Assembly: GCF_009914755.1 (NCBI RefSeq)
Contig: NC_060939.1
DNA length: 64,000 nucleotides
Reading direction: 5' to 3' (one strand)
Source of the DNA: the human T2T-CHM13v2.0 reference genome, Homo sapiens
Below, piece by piece: positions 31,825 to 46,380 of the stretch (its first letter is position 1; each line of letters starts with the position of its first letter). The position numbers were made by a program, and so were the translations under genes. The notes under the pieces were generated by a model, which saw only the letters and a list, made by a program, of their open reading frames with translations, ran no database searches and had not been told where the DNA came from.

Positions 31825-32429
31825 GCATTGCTATAAAGGAGGCCCATAACCATGATGATGGTGATTTGTGTCTTTTTGGAGGAAAAAAACATAACTATGG
31901 AATGGATAAAGAAGGTACCTCCCCCCTTGCCCCAAGAAAATAGAACCACCAACAAAATAGAACAAAACAAAACATGAACACAAAGGAAGGAAACAAACCT
32001 CAGAGGCCCACAATTTGATCCAATTTGAAATCCAAAATTTACTAAAATCATTTATGCAGTAAAAAGGCTACTGATTTGCTTTTGTGCCTCTACAATGTAG
32101 GCTCTGAATTAGGTTTAACATCTGCTACTGTGAATCAATTTGTAAATGTTTGTCCTTAATCTATCCTGGGGATCAAATTAGTGTTTTACCTAGAGATCCT
32201 AGTACATTTAAACAAGGTATTCCTTATAATATTAGGGCATTTACTGAACATATAATGGATAACAAACAGGTATGTTTCACCTTAACCATCAGAACTATTG
32301 CCTTGCCTAAATTCCTCAATGTCACAGCACTCATTGCCCTAATATATCGCACATTGATCTGAACACTCTGAATCAACAAGTAACAAATTAAGATCAAATG
32401 AAATCTTTGCTTGATAAAAGGTGACCCCA

Positions 32430-32746
<317 letters not shown>

Positions 32747-35700
32747 TTAAAATGGCTAATATGTTCCAATCCAAATTAAGACAGAGCCTTCAAGGATTGA
32801 AACCCATCATAGAAGATCTATTTAAAGCTTCTCCATTTAACAGTTCAATTTGGCCTGTTATTAAACTTGGAGAGAATGAATGGCACCTCATAGTATATTA
32901 CCACAACCTTACTATTGAAATCACTAATTCCATCCAATCAGCAACTGGTAAATACTTGGCATCCTAGATTTGGCTAATACACTCTGTTTATTGCCTGTTT
33001 CAATAGACTTTCAGATGCAGTTTGCCTTCACCTTTGAGTGGGCAAATGTCTGAAATCACATACGGTCTTTGCAGGCACATTCAACTTTCTCCAGGAGCAT
33101 AGGTACATGGTGTATAACACATTGATGACATCCTCATCTGAGGAAGTACATTTACTATGCTCATTCAGTACATACAGACACTGACAGAGGAGCTCACAAC
33201 AGAGAATGGGCCATTGATCTATACACAGTGCAAAGTCCCACCCCTCTAAGTTAAATTCGTGATCATTATTTGGTAAGCTGAAAATCACTCCATTCCTGAC
33301 ACTGTCAAACAGCTATTGACATTCTTACCACACACAATTTTAAAATAAGCTCAACATCTTCTAGGGATCCTTGAGCACTGAAGGCAATGTATTCCTCATT
33401 TACAAATTTTACTTAAGCCCATTTATGTTATTCATAAATTGGCTCACCTTGAATAGGGCCCTTTATAACAAAAGACTCTGGAATCTGTCCAAATTGCAAC
33501 ACAGCAGGTACTTCCCAATTGACTCCCATACCGTAGAGGCATTGGCAACCTCCCCTTGTGCCTCCTGTAATCTCGGGACCACCTATAATGGCCATAAATT
33601 ACCCATGGAGTTCTGGTGCGAGAGACTGTCTTCCTTGGTCTCATGTCATTAACCTGAAATGGCAACTGCTGATCACTTACTGGCCTCTTCTGGAGATAGA
33701 TGCTATCATAGGCCCCAAGCATATGAACTTCTGTACTCAGCTGCCAATCACTATGTGTTAGGTCATGAAAGTACCACCCCACAAGCTCAGCATGGCCACC
33801 AAGGATTCTTTCATAAAACGGAAATGGTTTCTACAGGATAGAGCCAAATCTGTGTCTCCTGGCATGTCCCTGGCACATCATAGGAGAGGCCACTGGAAGA
33901 GAGGGTGACCTCTCCTGTCCTCAGTCCCTTGCCAGGTGCCAAGGCTGGAGGAGGCCACCACCCTTAGACCTCTTGGCTACTTCGGGCATTCCCTTGGGAT
34001 CAACTGAGTGAACAGCAGAGGAACTTCACACACTTCAGGGATGGCAGTCACTATCACATGTGATAGAGCTCACTGGAGAGCCGCTGCTTTTTCTTTTTAA
34101 CTTAGACATCTCTGATAAAGGACAGGACCCAAGGGTCAGCACAATTGGCTGAACTTCAGGCTGTCATCTAAGCACTGGATGTGTTGGCCAACAACCCCAT
34201 TTGTACATTTTTATAGATTCTTGGGCCATTGCCAGTGGTAAGGCCATCTGCTCTGGCCAATGGTAGCAACAACAATTCCTTTTCCAAAATTTCCTCCTTT
34301 GAGATAAAAACTCTGGAAATGTTTTGCCTCACAGACAGCAAAAGTATAAATCAAGCTCACATATGTCCCTGTACATATTAAAGTCACAATACAAGGCCTC
34401 ATCAAGACATTCCTCATTTCTGTTGATATTCTAGAAATAATAACCAGAGGGAACACATTTCTTGTCACAAAATATACAACACTGAGTGTTGAACAAGGTA
34501 GTCAATAGAACTTTCACCTCCCTTACTGGCCTCAGACCACAAAGCCTCTTGGAGTATAGTAATGGCTTATTTAGGTTCAAATTTGATTAAATGAAACATG
34601 GCACATTTCAGTTATCAAAAATCTGGAGTAAGTTGTAGTCAAGAGTCTGACTTCATTTTTGATGTTTGACTGCTGATAGCCTAAAAGTTCCCCCTCCCAC
34701 TCTCCCCCTCCCTCCTTCCTTGCCTTACACCTGGGCAAATCAGTAACAAAGCCTGCATGCTTTCTCCTTTGATGCCGGCAGGAAATTTAAGTCACATAAC
34801 CCCAAGCCTGTGTATGGAAAAACTCTTACCCCAGCACCACTCTCTAACCCCAGTACAACCCAAGCCATTCTCCCTTGCCTGTTTTATCTCAAGCCATTTT
34901 GGGACCTGCTTGGGAGCTTGCTCAGCATTTTCAGGAAGCCTCATTGTGTGACTAATCAGATTTTTCATACCCTCTTCGTGCCTGCGTGTGTCATCAGTCT
35001 CGATATTTAAATTTTGGATGTGGGTGGGATCTATTCCAGCTCTGAGGGTTGCCTATGGCAGTGGCTTAACACCTGGACCAAAAGAAACCACGAGTCCTAG
35101 AAAATTTGGCACAAAAGAAGAGATGGTCTGCCTTTCTCTCCAAATACTTTGAGATTATTTCATGAACCGGTAGTCAAACCCACCGGGAGACATCTGCATG
35201 GCAGTTTGCTGCTACTCTGACTTTCCAATGTAGTGCTGGAAAAAGTCTCACCAGAAAACTTAATAGCCACTGAGCATTATTTAGAGCTCTTTGCAGCATC
35301 CCAGTATAGGCAACCAATACTATGTGGAGATACAGCATTACCTAGGAGGTGGACTAGACTATGTCCTGGGAAGATTAGATGGTTGTGAAAACCTGCTAAA
35401 TATGAATGAGTAACTAGCTGGCTTACCTAATAGTCTGAATCTAGGTGTGCTGTGTCTTTCTACCATGGTTTACTAAATGTGTTGACTGTGATCGGTCAAG
35501 AGATTCATGGCAGCCTCATAGCAAGAACAGCTGTGGTGAGTGCCTATGGCACTCACACATGCACGAAGATATTGTTTAGTGTAATGTCAAGGAAAAACAT
35601 GGAATGCATTTTTTAAAACCCACCTTGCTTTAGGTAGGCAGGGCAATGTTATTGTTCCACCAAGATGGTGCTCTGATCTCTTGCGTGGTTAACATAAAAA

Positions 35701-37743
35701 TGGAGAAAAGCAAAATACATACAAACACATATCAGAATTTTGTTCCTATTGCTTCCCCACTCTGCAGCATTAGCTTGTCAAACGCCAGTGATTTAAGCAC
35801 CATCCCAGTGTCCTAGGCAAGCAAACTGTTTGAGAATATCCATAGTTTAACTAGGGTGTTGAAAGCAAAGCAAAGAAATCTTAAGTATTCCAAGAGCAGA
35901 GCAGGCACATCTCCAGGAAATGTCACTTCAAAGACGTGGTACCATACTTAGAAATACTGATTTCACCTACCAGGGCAAAGTCAGGTGAGAATTTTATAAA
36001 ATTTTTCAACAGGACTATCCAGCCTAAAACTTCCTCAAAAGTTTATTTTTCTTTATAAAATCATATATGCCCCTTATCAATAGAGTGTCTAGTTTTGAAA
36101 TCCATGCTTTATGTAATTTACAAACTGACCTTTACTAGTTCGTCAGAAATTTTCCTTTCAGCATAAATAGCAAATATGGTTAAATGCTACTTTTTGGGTA
36201 GAATTTCCATCCCATGACCAGGTTCTATCATTTATTTTACAATCTTTCCTTATTGTAGGTATTTATTAACTGGACAACATTGTATTATGGATTTTCATCT
36301 AATCTAGAGGGCTAAAGTTGCGGAGCTGGGTGGGAAGTTAGTTGCCTTGGCAGCTGAAACATGGCTCACTCAATGGGTGACTGCTGCACACTTCAGGTCT
36401 CACGTACAGGAAGAATTTCATAGCCTGCTGGAGCTTGATGTGCGTGGCATCTGTCTCTGGTGAAGAGAATTGTGAATCCTGTATTCCTGAGGAAATTTTG
36501 TGCCCCAATCCTTAGATTTTTGGCTGTACTAAACCCGTTTTTAATTCTCCTAATATTGTCTTTATCAAACCTACACAGGACTTGGCCACTTCTCAGTAGG
36601 AAGACTAGGAGTCATTGTGGTTAAAAGCCATTGCCAATCTCTTACCTACTAATGCCACCCCCACCCCACCCCTTCTCAGCCTTCACTAGAATGAGCGTCA
36701 GAGTTTGGACACCCTTCATTGTGATCTCCTTATTGAGCACCACAGTGATTTAAGCATCTAGATCCAACCTAACTGGATCTGTAGAGGTTATGACTCCTAC
36801 TACCACTTCTGGACTCTGAAACAGCACAATGCTGGTAGGTTGTAAAACTTGGCTTGCACAGTGTCTGCACAGAGTGTCTGGAAAATAACTTGTAATCGTG
36901 GTGTTGTTATCATCCCATAGGGCAGACTTCACTGGAAGGAGGAAAGGAATGGGATTTATCATTTCTCTTCTGTTTCTAGCTTCTTATTCATAGGCTCATC
37001 CTGAGTGGAGGAGGTTTGTTCCACATGGTCTGTCTGAAAGATTTATCATGGGACTCAATATCTGGTCCTACTTTATTGTGAAATTGTTATCAGTTTGATA
37101 ACCCCCTTGTATGTGCTTTCCTTCACTTTCTACTTCATGTCACCCTTGCCTTTGTAGGGTTATACCTCCCATCTCAAGAGAGTTTGAATCCACTCCCAGG
37201 TTTTCATAGGAAGTAAAAAGTCTGAAGCATGGTAATTATAAATGTCAGAGAAAAGTAAGAGGAATCTATGAATGCATGGCCTCTAAATTGTTGCTTAAAA
37301 CTTCTGAAAAGCCCCATATTTATAGCTTAAATGAAAAGTTACACTAACCAAATTCAATGGTACATTAAAAGAATCACTCACTGTGGTCAAGTAAGATTTA
37401 TTCCTGTCATAAAAGGATAGTTCAACACATGCAAATCAACAAATATGATACACCATATTAACAGAATGAAGGACAAAACCATATGATCATTTCAATAGAT
37501 GAAGCACTTGACAAAATTCAACATTTTCTACGATAAAATCTCATCAAAATTGGTGTGGAAGGAATGCACCTAAACACAATAAAGGCTACATATCAAAACC
37601 CAGAGCAAATATTATACTCAGTGGTGAAAAACTAATAGCTTTTCTTCTATGATCAAGAACAAGACAAAGATGCCAATTTTTACCACTTCTTTTCAACGTA
37701 ATAGAAGTGCTAGCCTGAGCAATTAGGCAGTAAAGATAAATAC

Positions 37744-38035
37744 AGCTGGGCATGGTGGCTCATGCCTATAATCCCAGCACTTTGGGAGGATTGTTTGAGC
37801 CCAGGAGTTTGAGACAAGCCTGGGCAACAAAACAAGACTCCATTGCTTAAAAAAAAAAAAAGTATAAAAAAAATTAGTCCAGCACAGTGGCATGTGTCTA
37901 TAGTTGAAGCTACTCTGGATGCTGAGGTGCGAGGATCCCTTGAGCTCAGAAGTTCAAGGTTGCAGTGAGCTATGATCACACCACTGCACTCTAGCCTGGG
38001 TGACAGAGTGAGACCCTGTTTCAAAATAATAAAAG
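37744..38035 (+). mobile_element. AluJ (AluJo-like)
   Basis: ttgagcccaggagtttgag and aaggttgcagtgagctatgatcacacc (AluJ diagnostics). Confidence 0.92.
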
Positions 38036-38040
38036 AAATG

Positions 38041-39215
38041 CAGTTGCTCATGACATAAAAACCTATGTTCTAAGAAATGTGTTATTAGATGATTTTGTCA
38101 TTGTGTGAACATCATAGAGAATATTTACACAAACCTAGATGGTATAGTCTATCATACACCCAGGCTATGTAGTATTGCCTCTTGCTCCTAGGCTACACAC
38201 CTGTACAGCATGTTACTGTTCTGAATACTACAGGCAACTGTAACATAATGGTAAGTACTTATATGTCTCAACATAGAAAGGACACAGTAAAAATACGATG
38301 ATGTAAAAGATTTAAAATGGTACACTATATAAAGCATTTACCATGAATGGAGCTTGCAGGACTGGAAATTACTCTGGGTGAGTCAGAGTGAATGTGAGTA
38401 AATGTGAAGGCCTAGAAAATTATCGTATACCACTGTAGGCCCTATAAACACTGCACATCCAGGCTACACTAAATTTATAAAAATACTTTAATAAATAACC
38501 CTAGTTTACTATAATTGTTTATGTTATAAACTTTTTAATTTTTAAAACTTTTTGACTATTTTAATAACATTCAGCTTAAAGCACACATTGTATGGCTGTA
38601 CAAAATTTTTTTCTTTATATTCTTATTCTATAAGATTTTTCCTATTTTTAATTTTTTTCTACTTTAAATTTTTTTTGTTAAAAACTAAGACACAAACATT
38701 AGCATAGGCCTACATAGGGTCAGGATCATCAATATCACTGTCTTATACCTCCACATCTTGTTGCACTGAAAGATCTTCAGGGGCAATAACACTTATGGAG
38801 CTGTGATCTCCTATAACAATGCTGCCTTCTGCAATATCTTTTGAGGGATCTGTGCAAGACTGTTTTATAGTTAACTTTTTTATGTAAAATAGGAGTATAC
38901 TCTAAAATAATGATAAAAACTATAGTACAAAAATAAGCCAGTAATGTAGCCATTTATATCATTATTAAGTATGATATCCTGTACATAATTGTATGTGCTG
39001 TACTTTTATATGACTGGAAGTACTGTAGGTTTGTTTACACCAGCATCACCACAAACACATGAGTAATGCATTGTGCTATGACATTATGGCTGTGACATCA
39101 CTGGGTGATAGAAATAATTAGGTGATAGAAAATTTTCAACTTGATTATAATCTTATAGAAATGCAATATATGTGGTTCATCACTGAGCAAAACATCATTA
39201 CCTGGTTCATGACTG
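38041..39215 (-). mobile_element. Tigger3b-like DNA transposon
   Basis: ~1175 bp, reverse-complement homology to 5236-5893, ends ...catgactg followed by TA. Confidence 0.9.
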
Positions 39216-41807
39216 TAGAAGATAACCAAATAGGAAAGGAGGAAGTTAAATTATCTGTTTGCAGATGATATAGTATTATATATGGAAAACCCTAAATACT
39301 CTACAAAAAAACTGTTAAACTAATCAACAAATCCAATAAAGTTGCAGGATACAAAATTAACTTACAAAAACCTGTAGCATTTCCATACATTAACAATGAA
39401 CTAACTGAAAAAGAAATCAAGACAACAATCCCATTTAAAATAGCATCAAAAATACTTTAAAATAAAAGTAACCAGAGATGAAAAATATTTACACTGAAAA
39501 CTACAAAAATTGATGAAAGAAATTGGAGAAGTCACAAATAATGGAAAAATATCCTGTGTTCATGGGTTGGAAGAATTTTACTAAAATGTCCCTACTACCT
39601 GAGATGACTTACAGATTGAATACAATCCGTATCAAAATTCCAATTACGTTTTTCAAAAAATAGTAAAAAATTGTCCTAAAATTTGTAACTAACTACAAAA
39701 GACCTTGAATACCCAAAGCAATATTGAGCAAAAACCCCAAAGTTGCGGGCATCACACTGATTTCAAAATATGCCACAGAGCTATAGTAATTAAACAGCAT
39801 GGCATTGACATAAAACACATATACACTACTAGAACAGAATAGAGAGCTCAGAAATAAATTCATGTAATTACAGACAACTGATCTCTGACAAAGGTGCCAA
39901 GAACAAACAATTGGAAAAGGACAGTCTCTTCAATAAATAAGGCTGGGAAAACTAGATATCCACATGGAGAAAAAAATTGTACCTTTCTCACTATGAGGCA
40001 TTTTTGTAGGTCTCATATATACAAAGAGGTATGAGACATACAGAAATGGGTATCTCATATCTCTGTATATATGAGACATAGAAAAATGGCTTTAAAACTT
40101 AAACGTAAGACCCAAAACTGTAAAACTATTAGAGGATAACAAAAAAATTTCTACTTGGCATAGAGATTTTGGATATGATTCCAAAAGCACAGGCAACAAA
40201 AGCAAAAATAGACAAATGGGATTGCATTAAACTAAAAGGCTTCTGTACAGTGAAGGAAACAACCTAGTGAAGAGACAACCTAGGGGATAGGAGAAAATAT
40301 TTGGAAACCATACATCAGATAAGGGGTCAATATCCAAAATACGTAAGAAACTCCAACTCAATAGCAAGAAAACAATCTAATTAAAAATAGACAAAGAGCA
40401 TATGAAGGGACATTGCTCAAATAAAAAGACATACAAATGACCAACAGGAATATGAAATAATACTCAACATCACTAATCATCAGGGAAGTGCAAAGTAAAA
40501 TCACATTGGTATATGACCTCACACTTGTCAGAATAGCTATTATCAAATAGATAAAAGTTAACAAGTTTTGGCAAGGATGTGGAGAAAAGGGAACCTTTTT
40601 ACACTGTTGGTGGGAATGTAAATTAGTATAGCCATTAAGGAAACCAGCATGGAGATTCTTTGAAAAATTAAAAATGGAACTACCATGTAATTTAGCAGTT
40701 CTTTTTCTGGGAATATGTCCAATGGAAATGATAATATGTCAGAGATATTTGCACTCCTATATTCATTGCAGCATTATTCACAATGACCAAGATATAGAAT
40801 AAACTTAAATATCTATCAACCAGTGAATGGAAAAAGAAAATATTATATAAAACATGTGTATGTATATATATACATACATACCTACACATACATAATATAG
40901 ATTTAAAAGGAAAAACTTTAGACGAGTTAAATTTTACAGTTTAATCGAACAAAGGATGATTCGTGAATTGGGCAGCCCTCAGAACCAGAACAGGTTCTAA
41001 GAACTCAGGCCTCCAACATGGCTAGATGGCAATTATGGACAGAAAACAGAAATGAGGTACAGTGACAGCTTTATTGGTTATAGCTCAGCATTTTGCATTA
41101 TTTAGATTAGTTGGATGCCTGTGATCGACTGAAGCTCAGCTGCTGTTATTGACTAAGATTCAACTTTGTTACAAGAGTATACTCCTACATTAGGCTTCAG
41201 CTAATTTATGTACTAAATTGATTGCAGTTTCTATGTAAGAGCTTGAGTACAGAGGCATCTTCAGGCCAAATTTAGTTTAACAATTCCCCACTTTTGGTCC
41301 ACCCCTCAATTCCAAGAGATTGTCTAAAACCTCAGACATTAATACCACTCTCTGCCTTCATTATAGACACTTATTTAGCCTTAGTGTGGAATCTAAAAGT
41401 CATGATGTGCATCAGTTGAATATTTATGTTCTTGCTGATCTAATCAAAGACCATTCAACACTACATGAATGGCTGCATACAAACTTTGAAGACTTGAGAG
41501 GATACAGTGTACCAGGGGTACTATTATAACCATCAAGAGGATGATGAAAAGACTGACGTGTACTTCTTAATAGGAGTCCCTATGAACTGAACCAATCAAA
41601 ATTTATAAAATCAAATTTCAGACAATACAGACAGTTCAACAGTATTCGAGTCCTACTGTCATAGTCTTTGCTGAGGTTATTGTGGTGACTTAGGACCATA
41701 GTTTGCTGGAAAGCAGTCTGATTTAAAGAGGTATTCATTTTCATAGTTAGCCTGGTACCACAAGTCATGGTAACCTTGGACCCACTAAAAGAAACATAGA
41801 AATTAGA

Positions 41808-42068
41808 CACTTTGGTAGGCCAAAGTGGGTGGATCAGGAGGTCAGGAGATCGAGACCATCCTGGCTAACACAGTGAAACCCCGTCTCTACTAAAAATACA
41901 AAAAAATTAGCCAGGCATGGTGGCAGGCACCTGTAGTCCCAGCTACTCAGGAGGCTGAGGCAGGAGAATGGCATGAACCTGGGAGGTGAGCTTGCAGTGA
42001 GCTGAGATCCTACCACTGCACTCCAGCCTGGGCGACAGAGCGAGACTCCATCTCAAATAAATAAGAAA
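41808..42068 (+). mobile_element. AluY, lacking the first ~30 bp
   Basis: gagatcgagaccatcctggctaaca, ggagaatggcatgaacc and gagcttgcagtgag (AluY diagnostics). Confidence 0.92.
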
Positions 42069-43187
42069 AGTCTGGAAGAGCTAAGATCACCATTTGGAAT
42101 GCCCACAAACCAACCACTATTAGTTTTCACAAACATATCATGTGTTCTTTTTCTTACTTTCTTTGGTGGCAGTGTCTAGAGGAAGAACAGTGTCAGCTAT
42201 TTCTTTAATTAAACTGTTGTAGTAAAAAAAGGGAAAAGATAAGTGAAACCTCGATTCTTGTTTAGCACCATACACAAGATCCCAACTTGGGCAAAGAAGA
42301 AATTTAAAGCTGCATGGCATTCTTTTAAGAGTTTTTGTTACTGTGATGAAATAATTAATTGGGAAGGTCAGGGTACTGCTTCTAATAAATGTAGGCAAGC
42401 AAATAGTATTGAGGTTTACAGTATCATGAATAGGCTTCTACTCTCCCTTCAGGGTTTCAGGGTGGCTCATTGGAAACACAGGCACTGGTATTAATGGAAC
42501 TGTTTACTGCTTCTCTGCATTAGCATACAAACCCAACAATTGCTCTAGTTTCTTGCTAGAGTATAAGCCTTTGCTAAGCCATCCATGGATTATGCTTCTT
42601 TGAATTTTCCTTTGAGGAGAGAAAAAGGATTAGAATAGCAGAAAATAGGAAAAAGGGAGAAAAAAATTGTCTTCATGATGGCAGAAAAAGTCTTGATCTG
42701 AGATCTTGGGAAAGCTGTCTGTGTGCATGGCGTTGTCTGCTTCTGGGGAAAAACTCTGGTCAGCTCTACTTTAAAGTGTCCAATAGGTGGTGTACAGTTC
42801 AAAGAGTCTGGAGGGGTCCTTTTGAGTTATGAGGTGTGGACCCACATTTTGAGGCCATAAAGCTTTACCTCAGTGTGGGTGGTGGTATGACCCTTTCAAG
42901 GTCAGTCTTTCTCTGATGTCACTTCTAGAAGACACAGCCTCCAGGTTGTATATTAAGGATTTGATTGTTTTTAGTCAGTACATCATGGAAGTATAGTATA
43001 ATACCTGGTGTAATATATTACTGTATTCTGTTACCTGATGTAGTACGGTATATTACTTGGAATAGTGTTTTACCTGGTGAAAATACTATTTGACATAATG
43101 TATTAAAGCCATTCAGTATTTAGTCATCCAAGAATTTAGGAGAGCAGGAGACATATGAGGTTCTGTTAAGGACACAGGCCTTCCCTT

Positions 43188-43761
43188 TGTTAGAAACAAG
43201 AGCTGGGAGTCACGAGGAAAATGAGCACTCAAACAAAGGATTTCTCAGCAAGGCAAATTTACTTATACAGAAGGGTGCTGCTCGCACTTCTGGCTGCTGC
43301 AAGAGTACACCAAACAAACGAGAGAAGGGGTTTTTCATCCCTAATGCAGTTAGCCCCTGCCTCTGTGTCCTGCCCCCATTGGCTGAACTTGGACCACATA
43401 ATCTAAACTGACCTGATTGGCTACTGTTTAAAATTGAACATGGCTAATTAGGCTGCAAGGGAGAGGCTGTTCATTACGGTACAAAGCATGTTTGGGCATG
43501 TCAGGGTGCAGCAAAGGTGGGAAGGGTAGTTTTGGCAGGAAGAGCTGTTGTGGCAGGAGGGACAGTTTACAGAATGAGTAGCCAGGAATAAAAGAGGACT
43601 CTTTCCAAATAAGGAAGATTATGTGAATTACAGACTGGGACTGGTGGGAGAAGTTGTTTACAGAGCAGGTGGCTTAGAAGGGACAAGGAAGTTGATCTCA
43701 AGAACAAAGAACAAGGAAGTCAGAAATTAAACCTTTGAAGAGGAACTTACTATATCTAACA
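43188..43761 (-). mobile_element. LTR10-family (HERV-I) solo LTR nested in the provirus
   Basis: tgttag...ctaaca inverted termini, ggatttctcagcaaggcaaatttactt, 4-bp TSD cctt. Confidence 0.85.
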
Positions 43762-46014
43762 CCTTATTTCATATGGGGTCAATCTGTGTTTCCAAGTGGG
43801 AGTGGATCTGATTGCTATTAAAATCAATGGTAGTACCTTGGGCCAAGGCAACCAAATTGATTGTTAACTTGGTCAGTTTCCATTTTAAAATGCCATTTGT
43901 ACTTTTGGTCTTTCTAGAAGTCTAAGGATGATAGGGACAATAGTAATGCTATTGTGTTCACAATATTTTGTTTAATTGCTTTATAATTTACCCAATAAAA
44001 ATGGGTTCTTCTGGTGCTGGAGATTTCTTTAGGGACTCCCATAAAGGAAACATGTTCTAATTTTCTAATAAGTTCTTAGCTACTGTCATAGCATCAGCTT
44101 TCCTACGCAGGAAAGCATCTATCCAGAAATGTGCAAGTTATTATAAAAACATACTGCTTTCCCACTCCCGGTGGCAATTGAATGAAAATTATCTGTAAAT
44201 GTTTAAATCATTCATCAGGTGCTAGAAATATACCATCTGAAGTTTTTATTGTCTTCCCAGGATTATGGGTTTAGCAAACCAAACATTGGTTAATAAACCA
44301 TTTTGCAATTTTAGAATAATCACCACATCAATATTTTTTAATAATTTGGGTCATCTTGCCTGATCCATGATTAGTTGTGGAGTGCAAAGCTCTTAACAAT
44401 GAAAGCTTTAGGGACTCAGGGAGGACCAAGCAACCATCTGGGCCATCTGTGAGTTCACACTTAACATTGAATTTGCCTCCTTTGAGATACCAATTTTATT
44501 TTTCCAAATCTGATGCATGGCATTGTTTATTAAATAAGTCATCATAAGGGAGTTGACTTGGATCAGTCTTATGAAGTTCATTCAACTTGTACATCCTGTT
44601 TCAGCACTAGACGATTTAGCACAAAAATCTGTTAGGGCATTCCCTTGATACTCAGGTTTGATTTTATCGGCATTGGCTTTAATCTTAATAATGGCAATTT
44701 GTGGTAAAAACAGGATAGCAAGAAGGAGTTCATCTTTTTAGAGTCCATTTTGTATGGGGGGGGGGGGTCCCATTATAAGTGAAAAACCCTCTGTTTTTCC
44801 ATAACAGGCTAAAATAATGAACTACTTCAAAAGTATATCTGCCATCTGTATAAACATTTACTAATTATGTGATAAGGTTGTGTAAGTGCAAAAAGCTCTG
44901 CAAGTTGAGCTGATTTAAATTGGAGAGGAGTTCTTTTAACTCATTTTGTGTTGTAAACAGCATAACCTGCCTTATATTTTTTCTTCTGAGTTTTTGGCAG
45001 AAGACTCATGAACAAAAAGTATTACTGTAGGATTATCTAATGGAGAATTTTATAAATAAATATGAAGGGTCATTCTGATACTATATCACTCACATAATTG
45101 CGGTCTTTCTTGTCTTCAGGTAGAGGTAGTAGAGTAGCAGGAGTAAGTTGCAGCATTTTAGATGGTGATCAGGAGACAAAAGAGAATTTCATGAGATGTT
45201 AGCCCGTGTGCTAAAAGATGTTCAGTTTGACTGGAATTAAATAAACTTTCCACAGCATGTAGAACTTGTGAAGAAAGTTTATTCCCCTTAAAACCAGCTC
45301 AGATTAGATCTCTCCCAATCTGGCTGTACTGCTGCTCTTAAACTGTTGGAATATGCCTTAGCTACTGGGTCTAATTGCAGGCTATGATGTGTGATAGGTC
45401 TGTGTTTCCCCCCGCCCACATTCTTGGGTAAGAACTCCTAATGCCTGATCGGTATACTCATGATGAAGGTGAAAGATTTAGTATAATTTAGAAGTCCTAA
45501 AATTTGGAGCCCAGTTTCATTTGGTCAAAGGTCTGCTACTAACTATCTTCCCAAGATAAAGCCTCTAGTACCGCATTCTTAGCTCATGCAATGGTGAGAC
45601 TATTAGGGAATAATTTGGGACTTAAGATAGGCAGTATCTTGCAAGTGTTGATAAAACCTCTTAAACTGTCTTTTAGGTGTAGGCCTAGACAAACCCTGAA
45701 TAGATTTTATTCTCTCAGGTGAGAGAAAAATTCCTTCAGCAGGTAGATCATATCCTAAATAGTGGACTATTTCCCTTAAAAATGATAGTTTTTTTCTATC
45801 AAAACTTTGTGAGCTTTATGTGTGAGTTGCTGTAAGAAGTCAATTTCAGAACATTCTTTAGTGGGACAGCATAGCAACAGATCCTCTACATTCTGAATAA
45901 GGGTAGAATTTATGGGTACTTGCAGGGTTGTCAAGTCCGGACATAATGCCTGGGAAAAATAATAAGGGGCTTCTATAAACCCCTTATAGCATTGTAATCC
46001 AGATGTACTGTTAA

Positions 46015-46380
<366 letters not shown>

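Noticed and set aside
36570-37205. Possible old ERVL LTR remnant
   Set aside because: Only vague resemblance. I could not define termini or family.
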